A stretch of DNA of 20,000 bases from NCBI GenBank assembly GCA_016906335.1, contig JADEYG010000005.1, positions 418,702 through 438,701 on the forward strand, in the 5' to 3' direction. Position 1 is the stretch's first letter, and every line of letters starts with the position of its first letter. A model generated the notes under the pieces. That model was not told the origin of the DNA. It was given only the letters and a program-made list of their open reading frames with translations, and ran no database searches. Positions 1-11,013 of this stretch are shown here, piece after piece. Position numbers and translations under genes: made by a program. The DNA comes from Novakomyces olei (taxonomy: Eukaryota).

Positions 1-1691
1 GTGGCAGCTCAGAATTTTGAGTATAAAATTAGCAATATCTTGGATAAGCCGTTTGAAAGTATGTTTGGCTTCATCTCTGTGCTGCCGGGTGCTTTTTCTG
101 CTTACCGATACGTTGCTCTTCAAAATGGTGTTGATGGGTCGGGGCCTTTGGAAAAATATTTCAAGGGCGAGACGAATACTAGTAATGCGGGGGTAAGTTG
201 CTTTATAATTTGATGGACTATTTTATTTATTAATCTTCCAATTAATTAGCGGCTAATGTCAGATCTTTGAAGCAAACATGTACCTAGCGGAAGATCGTAT
301 TCTATGCTTTGAGCTGGTGGCCAAAAAGAACTGCAGTTGGGTTCTGCAGTACGTTAAGTCTGCCTATGCAGAAACTGACGTGCCTGATCGGCTGCCTGAG
401 CTTGTTTCCCAGCGCCGTCGATGGCTGAACGGCAGTTTTTTTGCCTCTGTCTATTCCCTAGCACATTTCTACAAAATTTGGCACAGCAGCCATGGGCTTT
501 TTCGGAAAGTAATGCTTCACTTTGAGTTCTTTTATCAAGCTGTTCAGGTCGTTTTTTCGTGGTTCATGCTGGCAAATTTTTTCATTATTTTTTCAATTTT
601 AACTTCATCGATGGGTGATAGCACTGTGAATTTCAGTCCGGGCGCAGTCATCTACATCGTGTGCGCTTGGATTTATGTAGCATTACTTGTCATGTGTTTT
701 GTTTTGGGCCTGGGAAATCGGCCTCAAGGTAGTAAATGGTCGTTTCTCTTTGCCGCCGGATTTTTCGCGGTTCTAATGGCGTAAGTGCTTCTTTAATTTG
801 TTTTTATTTTTTGTTTAATTAGTTTTGTATTTACATTTATATCTACATTTGTGCTTGATTGCTTTATATTTTTCTATTCGGCTAATTATTTCCAGGTACA
901 TGCTCTTTTGTACAGTTTGGTTATCGTACAGGGCGATCGCGAGCACAGTAGCAGATTTGCATCGGAATGGAGTCGCTCTTACTTTTCAAAGCACAGTCAG
1001 AATTGTATTTGAAAACAGTGTTTTTCGAAACCTTATTGTGTCCCTGGGCTCGACGTATGTCCTGTACCTGGTCGCCTCCCTTTTATACTTTGAACCGTGG
1101 CATATGGTGACGTCCTTTTTACAGTACCTTTTGTTGTCTCCGAGTTATACAAACATATTGAACGTTTACGCATTTTGCAACGTGCACGATGTTAGTTGGG
1201 GTACAAAAGGCGAAACTAAAGTCTCTACTGAGTTAGGTGTAATTTCGGCAAAAAAGGATAACGAGGCTGTTGATGTCGCAATGCCAACGGGCGAAAACGA
1301 CTTGAACGAGGCGTATACTGAGGCAATACAAATCCTGGCGACTAAATCGGCTCCGATTAAAATTGGGTCTCGCGATGAGGAAACAAAACGGCAGGATTAT
1401 TATCGTAATTTTCGTACAAATGTCGTTTTGGCCTGGATACTGAGCAATGCTGCTCTTGTTGCAATTATTATGAATATTGGTGTTCAAACACAGTCTGTTA
1501 CTGCGGACGAACGAAATGCCCGGTCAAGTGTTTATATGGCAATCATGTATGTTTATTTATTTATTTATTTATTTATTTATATAACAATTATTGATATCAA
1601 CAATAGATTATGGGCGGTTGCTGGAATGGCTCTTGTCAGATTTGTCGGAGCAGTCTCGTATCTGGTGAGAAGATTGATTCAAGGCGAATAG
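1..1691 (+). CDS. CHS: Chitin synthase, division 1 (class I/II), 5'-truncated by the window edge; exons <1-192, 263-780, 896-1546, 1607-1691
   Basis: Motifs [61 protein letters not shown] and DYYRNFRT, plus multiple TM helices. Introns 193-262 (GTAAGT..GCTAAT..CAG), 781-895 (GTAAGT..GCTAAT..CAG) and 1547-1606 (GTATGT..TAG) give a continuous frame. Stop TAG at 1689-1691. Exact class not resolvable without a tree. Confidence 0.96.
1552..1580 (+). repeat. (TTTA)~7 microsatellite inside the last chitin synthase intron
   Basis: tttatttatttatttatttatttatttat read directly. Confidence 0.9.
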
Positions 1692-1857
1692 GCTGTATGG
1701 TACTTTTTTGCGTAAAATACAAACAAGAAAATGAGCTTATGAATTGTGCACAGCTGAGGGATGCCAACGGCAATGTAGGGGTGATTGACATTTTAGGATT
1801 TAAATATTAAAAGCGAATTACAAGCAACATCTTCATAATTCAACATTTTTCCTCGTA

Positions 1858-4800
1858 CTAAAAATTTGTTCGACGGCGTTTATTGTTTCCGTCATTCTGC
1901 CCAAAATGCTCCTGATTATCTCTTGCTCGAGAAAACCCTGCCCCCGATCTTTCACGCAAAGACCGATTCGACTCGTCCCTACCGCCCCGGCCTCGATCAC
2001 GAGGAGGTGCTTCTCTACCTTCATTTGCCCTTTCGTTTCTCGCATTTTCTCTTCTAGATCCTCGCTCCTGCCTTCCTGACGAACGCTGATTCCGTGTAAA
2101 AGACTCTGTAGCTTGATCCTGGTTTCGCTCTGTGCCCCTTGACGAATGGCGCGTAGGCTTTTCCGCTGGCAGTTGGTCTCTGTTGGAGACTCTCAATCTT
2201 TCATTGGTTTTATTGTCCTTATTATTACTATCCTGCGGACGGCCTTGTTCCGGATTTGCAGGCTTAGGAGCCGGAGCAGGACTGTCTTCAGTGTACCCCT
2301 GACTGGCTCCGAATCCTCGCCGATTATCAATCTTGATATTATTCGCAGACACTTGGCTTCTCGATCCCTGTTTATCTGAATCCACTGGCGTGTCTTTTAC
2401 CCATCCAGAGTTTGCAGTAGCCTCGTCCACGCTTGTTTTCCAAGACGAACTGCCATCTCCGCCCTGTCGCGACCGTGACGTGTCTCTCAAAGAGCCCTGG
2501 CGAGCAACAGATTTTCGTCCTTCGTCAGGCACCGGGTCCCTCTCCCTCCTCTTGCCATAAAGCGACTCCCGCCCTGGCCCAGGCGTTTCCCAAGAGCCGT
2601 CCTTGGAGTCTCGCTTTGAGGATTCTTTGGTAGTTTTAGACGTTTCCTTTGGCGTTTCCTTTGTAGTTTCCTTTGTAGTTTCTCTAGGGTTTTCCCTGGG
2701 CGTTTCTCTAGGATTTTCTCTGGGCGTTTCTCTAGGGTTTTCTCTAGGGTTTTCTCTGGGCGTTTCTCTAGGGTTTTCTCTGGGACTGGGCCTCTGACTG
2801 TCCCTGCCCGAATCCCAGCCAGGGTTTTCGACACGACCAGACTGGCCAGCGGGTGCACGGAACGCGGCATTACCACCACGTGACCGCGCCTTGGACTCGC
2901 GATCGTCACGTCGGCCTTCACTCCGTGAAGACGGCCGATCATCTTGCCGGCTGGATTGCGTTCGTGTGCTCTTTGGTATACGCGACTCTCCCCAGGACGA
3001 GGCAGATACTGCTGTAGACGGTTGAGATCTTTGATCGTTCGAGTGCCGATCAGAACGGCGCGCTTCGTGGCCGCTACGAGGCGACTGACGCGTATCATTA
3101 CTGCCACGTTCCGCGAATCGAGGCGTTTCAGCTCGGACAGGGTTTTCTGCATAGCGATCTCGCTGTCTGTCTGACAGGGAAGAACGGGGGTGCAAAGGCG
3201 TCGCAGCCTGAACCGTACTATCAACCGTGTCTGACGACCTTTTGAATTCTCCATTTTCACGAGATATTTGTCGGGAATTTTCGTCTCCTGCCAGAGCCCT
3301 GCGTACACCGTTTGTTCGGGTATGGCTGTCTGATTTTTGTGAGGAGGGACCTGATGGTGGTGATGGAGCAGCTGCCAAATTATCCTGAACAATAGCAGCC
3401 GACTTTGATTTTGATACAGATGGACTAAACGGCTCTCCGGATTTATTTGTATTTTCTTGAGATTTTGGAGTCGAATAGCCTGTCGGAGTCCCCTGTCTTG
3501 CGGGCGAAGAGACTGCTGCTGCTTTGGTCTGAGGCGGCTCTTTACCAAGAAATGCATACTGCGTAATCCAAGACGACGAGGCTTTCTTCAGCTTTGCCTG
3601 GTATCCAAGCACAAATATTCTCAAATCCTCACGGGGGTCGTTCGCCTGGATAGCAGCCGTTTTCGATAGAATAACGTTGCCGGACCAGTCTAGTAGGGGG
3701 AACGAATCAACCAGTTTTTCGAGTACTATAACAGCGTTCTTAATGTGCATGTACTCACCACTCTCTAAGCAGATCTTGAAGGCATTTGTCATTTTCCGAT
3801 GCCATCTGATCAAAAGCTTTCTAAACTCGTCAAACTGCAAAACGTTTCCCTCTAAAAGCGCTTGTCCATCGCCAAAATTCCATTTTTTTTGGAACCCAGG
3901 CAGCAATTTGGGGGATCCTTTTGCTTCGGAATTGTATAATGTTTCATTCTTTAACCAGGCTGTTATATCGCCCAGCAGGCAGGATAGAAATCTTCCGTAA
4001 TTCTGAGCCTCTCGCTCTGAGCATGTAAAAGTGATCGGTGCAATACTCTCGTCCAGAATCTGGCGTTTAGCAACAGTGATAATACATTGATCAAAACAGT
4101 TATTCAAAACATTAAATCAAAATATTTATTTAAACAAGTAGTAAATGAGCTCCAATTGCAAAATGGTATTGCGGATATAAACAAATGTAAAGGGCAATTC
4201 ATTCATAATATACAAACGCCAAACTTACCTTGTCAATTAAAGTCAAAGTTGAGAATCCAGGCGTTCCGATAAGATGAAGCAGCCGCACGAACCGGGCACA
4301 GAAAATCGCGTCGTTTGGACTAAACAAGTAGCGCGGATATATACAGTACTGCAATATATCTATGGCCCTCTTCTCCCGTAGCGCTGGTCCAGTGCGAGAC
4401 GAGGGAACGGAGAACCAGCGGCCCTTTGAATTCATCAGTTCCTTGCGTGTTGTTTCGAACCAAATCATTTGTGTTTTTAACTCGTTCCTCAATGAGGAAC
4501 TGATTTCAAAGAGCTGCGCCTTTTCCCTCCGATTTCTCGATGCACTCTGTTCCATTAGATTACTTGTGGTCGTTGAAATGGATGTAAGAAAGACGCAAAA
4601 GCACATTAAGAAATCGGATAAACCAATATCCAAAAAAAAAAAAAAAAAAAAAATTGGTAAAAAAATTGGTAAAAAAATTGGTAAAATTAACCAGGAGGAT
4701 AAAAAAACAAAATAATGTTTGGGTATATATAAACGGAAACCAAGTAAAACTCACAGTCGGATCCGATCTGTCGGCAGCCTCCAGCCTTGCAATTCCAGTT

Positions 4801-7800
4801 TGTAAGCTTCTTTGTTCGCCTTCGTATTGAGCAATCGGCACAGCAATGTCGTATAAGCTCAACTGCCAGAATGTGACATAGAATTCGCGGGAAAAAGACT
4901 CGTCTTGAATCGGAATATCCAGCATAACCGTTTCCATCAGTGATGACCACGATGAAGGCACTTTTGATTCAGCTGAAGGGGTGGAAACTGCTTTTACTGG
5001 TGAAGAGTTGCCGGCAGCGTTATTATTTGCCTCTGCAAGTTCTTTTCCGCCTTCTGCGGAAGAGTCTATTTCGCCTTTGTCAGAATGCTCGACCGTCTTT
5101 TGATCATCCTTTGCCAAAGACGTTTGATCTGTATTTTCTTGAACTGCACTATCCTGCGCACCATTTTCCTTTCCTCCATTTTCCTTGCCTCCGTTTTCCT
5201 GCTCTGTAGGACTGTCTCTATCCAAATTCTCTTCTGCTGGATTCGCCTTAACTGAGCCTTCGTCAGTTCCTCTGCTGGGGCCCTGTTGGTCGTCCTGGAA
5301 TTCTCCATCTTCTTGAGACCCCTGACGACTCTGCTTGCCCACATGTCCATCGCCCTTCGCGTCGTCACGATACTGGGCAATAAATCTTTTAAGAATGGGC
5401 CGAGAAATGTGGAAGGCAACAACAGGCTCAATATCAAACTCTGATAATAATCTGCCTATCGATGGAACCATCTTCTCATACGTGTCAGGCGTTAAGTTTG
5501 ACATGAGCAATAAAGTGTACAGCTGCAATACGTCATTGCACTCGTCCTGAAGATTTGCAAGCAATTTCAAATGGCTCTTGGCCTCCTTGGAAACGCGGAA
5601 AGTGCATACTTTAGACAGCTGTGCAAGTAGGACGAGTATAGGCCCTGAAAGTTGGTCCTTTTCCAAACAGTCCATAAGACGGGTAGAAGATTTCCGTAGC
5701 AATGACCTTTTTTCGTTTATCAGAGCCATCGATTGTGTAGCCAGCACTTCTCCCCCCGATAAGCCCTGTAATTGGGCTTCCGATAAGTTTACTTGAGGCT
5801 GCAATCCTGCCATTTGTCCGATAAGCTCCTTGAACACAATCAAGTCATACGGATTATTGGACTTGATTTGATTCACCACGTACGCAATAATAGGCAAAGG
5901 ATCCAAAGTAGAGTACCTGCGGAATAAACGGCCCGTAAATTGTGCTAAACCCTGAAGCCATTGTGCAATACTCGTTCCGTCTTCCTTGAGCCGTTTCTTG
6001 TGCCCATTGGCGGCTAAAGAATTTAGCAGAGTAAAGCTTAATACGTCATATGAGCAAATTGTGATTGACTTGGCCGCATCCACCACGACTTCCACCATAT
6101 TATCGTAAGATTCAATTTGGTTCAACATAATCTGAAACACAACACACGGGTTCGCGTGCGATATTTTGGAAATAACCTTGCCAATCAACTTAACGTTTTC
6201 TTTTGTCAGCCTTCTTAACGCTGATTTTGTCTCCTTCTCAGCAATGGCTAATTTCACTTTTAGTTCCGGGTATTCTTTGTAAATTGCCAGAGACCAATCA
6301 CCGTAAAGGCCAAAGCGGACAGGATAAGAAAAGTACTTGATTACGCCATAAATCTCATTCACCAAACCTGGGTTCGCACCAGCCATGGGGATACAGGGAA
6401 GAAGAATAGTGCGGCAAATTCTGACCCACATATCTTCAGCAGTGGCCCTTTTGGTTTCCGACGGTCTCACATTTGAGCTTTTCAGGTCGGACCTTCCGAT
6501 CCGACAGATTTTGTAGATAAGACTAATATCTCTAGACAAAAACACAGAGGCCACACGTAATATTGGCACAATAATAGCGATAAAATCGTCCAATGTTTCA
6601 CAAATGGGAATATGCTCCCTGTAAGAATCGGCAAAGAAAAATTTCTCTCTGCTCCCGTTACTCGACCGTCTAACACTCGACGGATCTAGCGATAAGGAGT
6701 TGCCATTTTTGTTTATTAATTTTGCCTCTGTCGACGGCTTTTGCGCGGATTGAGAGGCATTTACCTGCAATGATAAAAGCGGCAAAGGTCTCAATGGCTC
6801 ATACAGCCGAGCTATCATTACATTGCAAAGGCGGCAAATATGCTGCGCAATTTGTGGGTGTGGCCCCACAATTCCAGGGTATTCTTGTAGCAGCCATGAA
6901 GAGACAGGCAGCTCGCCAATAGCAAGTAAAGATTTCAACAGTGGTACTATAGTCTCCGCTGGAGGTTGAGGCGGAAGTAAGGAATCAACGTCTGCCATGG
7001 CAACATCCTCTGCTCCTTCAGGGGCAAGACTTCCTGTCTGCTTATCTGATCCAAGGCTGGAAGATTCGGTTTCATTTGCAAGAGGAGCAGCCATTGAAAG
7101 AGCGTTCCCCTTTGCCGCAAATGCTTCATCATCCAGTTTCTTTCTATAATCGGATATTTGAGATTGAATTATGGACTTATCCGGTCTCAAATGAGGGTAA
7201 AGATCATTGATACTGATGAAGCGATACTTCAATGAAATTGCCGCCAAGTATATAAGCCTTTCAGTCTGTTCATTATCAGGAGACGAATTCAATTTGACTC
7301 CCAGTAATTGGGCTGCAGCATAGCTGGCTGGTATTGTAGTGCTTGTGGCTGCAAGAGAAGCAAAATAAGCTAAAGGGCCGGCAGGATACTGTACGATTTT
7401 GTCCAGTTCAGTGCGCTTTTCAGTTTCAGTTTCCCATGACCAATCGCACGAGTAAGCCTGAGCTTGCTGCTGCTGATCACGACGGAACCATGAACTGCTG
7501 GCAAAAAAGTGAATGAAAAACTGAGAATGCTGTACAATGTTAAAGGCAGCAATATCAAATAGCACGTCCAAAACACGATTAGGATCCAGATCGAAGTAAC
7601 CAATTATCTCTTCAACGTCCCGAGCCAGACTGATAACTGCATCATTGACAGTGTCCTTCGTATATCGCGACAACGCTGTAGTGACTTGTACTGTTAATTT
7701 AGAGAAGCCTTCGGATTCTTCACGAAACAGATTGAACCGCTGTTGTTTGTACAAAGTGGCCGTATTGATACGGATCTGTTTTTTTGCAAATGCTTGCGCG

Positions 7801-8251
7801 TTAGGAATCAGCTGAAGCGACTGTAATAAGCCGGGCTCAAGCCTTTCCGATGCATTAAACGGGTTTAGCCAGTCATTATTCTGGATCGGGTTAGTAAAGG
7901 ACAAAAGACGTAGAGTCGAATCCAAAAAATAAATAATAGTGTCGAAATAACATAAGTGCAAAGTACCTTTAAGACTAACGAAATTTCTATCAGCCTAGTG
8001 CGATTCTGAGCAAAGCTTCCAGACGGCTCTGGGTATATTTCACAATCGTAAAGCCATAGCAAATCAAGTATGGCGTCCTCGGCGCCCTCTTGGTTCCTTA
8101 AAGGCGCCAGCGCATTCAAAAGACTCGTTTGATCGAGAGGTTCGGACACATTTGACAAGTGATTGTCCAGAGTATTTTGTAATTTATTGTACAACTCGAC
8201 ACCCGCGACTTGCGCGCAGTGTTTTGATGGCTCAATGTCGGCCAAGGCCAT
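1858..8251 (-). CDS. THO2: THO complex subunit 2 (Tho2/Rlr1/THOC2), ~1976 aa; exons 8251-7967, 7880-4755, 4546-4229, 4059-1858
   Basis: Tho2 motifs LYKQQRFNLFREESEGFSKL, IGYFDLDPNRVLD, NQIESYDNM, FYVTFWQLSLYDIAVP, QYCIYPR..SPNDAIFCARF, FTCSEREAQNYGRFL and LESGEYMHIKNA, followed by a long R/S/D-rich tail. Three phase-0 introns: 7966-7881 (GTACTT..TACTAAC..CAG), 4754-4547 (GTGAGT..CTAAT..CAG), 4228-4060 (GTAAGT..GCTAAA..CAG). Confidence 0.95.
2641..2784 (-). repeat. Coding minisatellite, 12 x 12 bp, encoding (PRE[T/N])x9 then TKET-TKET-PKET in the Tho2 tail
   Basis: Units such as CCTAGAGAAAAC, CCCAGAGAAAAC, CCTAGAGAAACG and ACAAAGGAAACT on the minus strand. Confidence 0.92.
4632..4682. repeat. 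A22 homopolymer merging into (AAAAAAATTGGT)x3 within THO2 intron 2
   Basis: Read directly; U-rich on the THO2 sense strand. Confidence 0.85.
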
Positions 8252-8631
8252 GATTTAATCCATCTCGTGGGTCTCTAGATGGATCATCAAGACGGACATG
8301 ACAGGATTATCATTGTCTTTTTTTTTTGTAAGGGAGACAGTAATATATACAACCGGATTATATTTATTTTTATTTTTATTTTTATTTTTATTTTTATTTT
8401 TATTTTTATTTTTATTTTTATTTTTATTTTTATTTTTATTTTTATTTTTATATTTATTTTTATTTTTATTTTTATTTTTATTTTTATTTTTATTTTTATT
8501 TTTATTTTTATTTTTATTTTTATTTTTATTTTTATTTATATATATACGCGTACAACAGTAATTAGCAGCGCATACTATAATAACTATTGCCCGAATCCAT
8601 CTCGGCCGATCAAATCGCAAGCAGCAAAACA
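8252..8631. promoter_or_regulatory. Probable bidirectional promoter between THO2 and ATG3
   Basis: 380-bp head-to-head spacer containing a T11 run (8317-8327), the (TTTTTA)n tract, a TATATA run at ~8537-8546 and ACGCGT (MCB-like) at 8546-8551. Confidence 0.6.
8362..8538. repeat. (TTTTTA)~29 hexanucleotide microsatellite
   Basis: Near-perfect array with a single TATTTA variant at ~8451; it produces the spurious NKNK, IFIF and FLFL ORFs. Confidence 0.97.
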
Positions 8632-9634
8632 ATGCAGTCTTTACAGTCACAATTTGCGTCATGGCGGGAGCATTTTACACCGGTAACTCACGAATCGTCG
8701 TTCCGCGCGACGGGTATGATTACGCCTGAGGAGGTAAGGTTGATTAATAACCTATTTATTTCATAAAGTTTGCAATAAATGCCGCAGCGACTAATACGTC
8801 TAGTTTGTTCAGGCGGGTGATTACCTCGTCTACAAGTTCCCCACGTGGTCCTGGTAAGCAAAAATAATCCAAGTATATGTCGTAGTCTAATCCTCAAGGC
8901 ACGGCGGAGACGCGGCTCGGAGACGAGACTTTTTGCCGCCAGACAAGCAGTATCTCGTAACAAAGCATGTCCCCAGCTTGAAGCGCGCTAAAGCGTTACA
9001 AGCAGAAATGGAGGACACGGAGATTAGCGAAGGCGGAGAAGAATGGATTGGAACTACTTTTGCGTCCGGCCATGAGTCGTCTGCTCAGGAAACTGCTCAC
9101 GAGACAGAGCCGTCTTTGGGCGACAAGGATGCTATCCCCAACCTGGAGGATATGGCGCTAGAGGAAGATGATGATGATGACGTAATTCAACAAGGACCCA
9201 GTGGAATTCTGGCCACCCGAACGTATGATATTTATATTACATACGACAAGTACTATCGCACTCCGCGGATATGGCTCTATGGCTGGTCCGAGTCACGTCA
9301 GCCGCTTAGTGTAGCTCAAGTGTACGAGGACGTTAGTGGGGATCACGTGGGCAAAACTGTCACAATCGAGACTTTTCCTCATCAGCCTGATTTGACTATG
9401 GCTAGTGTTCACCCGTGCAAGCACAGTTCTGTTATGCGCACGTTTATTGCGAAAGCAGACGAAGCAGCACAGAGTGCAAAATTGCGGAGACAGCGGCTTA
9501 AACTGCCGGCAAGCCAGGAGGAAGATGAGGAGGCTGTTAGGGGCGTACGCGTGGACAAGTACCTGGTTTTGTTTCTCAAATTTATATCGTCCGTTATGCC
9601 TACCGTGGAAGCAGATTATACTATGCAAGTTTAG
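8632..9634 (+). CDS. ATG3: Autophagy E2-like conjugating enzyme Atg3, ~295 aa; exons 8632-8733, 8804-8853, 8899-9634
   Basis: Spliced N-terminus reads [73 protein letters not shown]. Also an acidic flexible region, [20 protein letters not shown], catalytic SVHPCKH and C-terminal [21 protein letters not shown]. Introns 8734-8803 (GTAAGG..ACTAAT..TAG) and 8854-8898 (GTAAGC..TCTAAT..AAG). Confidence 0.97.
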
Positions 9635-10187
9635 GCACAGTTTGGGTTGGTGTGGCTGCCAGCTTCTATGTGTGTGTATCTCACACAATTGCCACGTGCA
9701 ATACACGTTGTGGCTCTCAACATACTGGGTTTACATTGACAATATGACAGCACTCTCAGTCTTGCATATAAAAAGGCTGTTGGCCATTACGTTTCTAATC
9801 GCACTCTGAAATTTGGCTGTGGTTATCTTGTAAATTTCGGTTTTTTTAATTCCAATTTTTAAATTTTATTTTTTAAATTTCATTATTTCATTAATCGGGG
9901 AACGGATCGACTTTTTGGGATGGGTGTTTGTACCGGCCAGACATGTACACCAACTTGTATAGAAAACGGAACTTCTGGGAGAACGCTTGCATGTTTTAGT
10001 ACTAGAGTAAAAGCAACAGAGCCCAATTATGGTCTTAAGATTGTCACAAAAAAAAATCCATTTATTCATGCACGCTCGTGCAAAATGTACACAATGCCAA
10101 AAGCCACACGGCCTTGCCCTTAGATGTCCAAGAACCGTGATTAGTCACTTTTATATTCATCAACTGCAGCCGGACAGAGCACCCATG

Positions 10188-10658
10188 CTACTTCTTTTTC
10201 GGACCCCCCAAAGGCGATCCAATATCTGAGCCTCGCAGTTTAACACCGAGCACCCTTTCCATTTTGCCCAGAATCTGCTGGTTTGGTACGGCACGTCCGC
10301 TTTCGTAGTCGTTTACGATAGTGGGTTTCTCGTTGATTCGAGTAGCCAGATCCTTTTGTGTAAGGCCCTTTGCCTGACGAGCTTTGCCAATTGCTTGGCC
10401 AACGTCCCGCGATACAGTAGACGGCGGTTTGACCTCATTTTCGCGATCAATCTTGGTCAGATGCTGCCCTTCCGTAGACTTGTGTGCCGTATTTCCTCCC
10501 GCACTGTACTTTTTGTCCGTATTCACTACTGCGCCAACTCTCCGTGCCGCATTTACTTCGCCCTGTGAGCGCGCTACTGTTGCCCTATTATGTGCAGAAT
10601 TGGCTCTTGATCCAATCTTTGTGACTGTGTCCCAGTCCGCGTTGCTCGGCTGCTGCAT
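10188..10658 (-). CDS. MBF1: Multiprotein-bridging factor 1, 156 aa, intronless
   Basis: [23 protein letters not shown] region [44 protein letters not shown], terminal PKKK. Confidence 0.98.
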   Translation of the reverse strand: MQQPSNADWDTVTKIGSRANSAHNRATVARSQGEVNAARRVGAVVNTDKKYSAGGNTAHKSTEGQHLTKIDRENEVKPPSTVSRDVGQAIGKARQAKGLTQKDLATRINEKPTIVNDYESGRAVPNQQILGKMERVLGVKLRGSDIGSPLGGPKKK

Positions 10659-10932
10659 TTTGCTCTATTCGCTCGACTCACTCACCGACTCCTCACCGAC
10701 GCTGCGTCACCGAATTTATAGGATTGTGTATAGAATTTATTTTTTATTTAATCACAGAAAACAGTAGAAACGTCACTGCTCGCCATAGTCAGGGTTTTCT
10801 ATTTCCCTGGGCACTGGAGCGAGATCTGGCAGCTCACGGTACAAGTAACCTACTGGCAATATTACTTGTTCCTGATTCGGTACGCGTAGCACGCACCCAT
10901 AACAAGGGATAAACAAAGACTGACGAGGCAAA

Positions 10933-10968
10933 ATCAATCTGATCAATCTGATCAGTCTGATCAGTCTG
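10933..10968. repeat. (ATCARTCTG)x4 9-bp tandem repeat in the MBF1/OPY2 divergent spacer
   Basis: atcaatctg atcaatctg atcagtctg atcagtctg. Confidence 0.85.
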
Positions 10969-11013
10969 GTTTGATCTGACGGCTGATTACAGTCACGATA
11001 CGTCGTTTGCCTT

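Noticed and set aside
2641..2784. Regular repeats as a possible CRISPR array
   Set aside because: Head-to-tail 12-mers with no spacers, inside a eukaryotic coding exon
2487..3557. 356-aa alternative-frame ORF nested in THO2
   Set aside because: Runs through low-complexity and repeat DNA, has no recognisable motifs and no evidence of its own promoter
8255..8686. ORFs encoding NKNK, IFIF and FLFL repeats
   Set aside because: Stop-free readings of the (TTTTTA)n microsatellite
10004..10020. TTGCTTTTAC on the minus strand resembling U5 snRNA loop 1
   Set aside because: Lacks the invariant GCCUUUUAC, and I found no convincing U5 stem or Sm site
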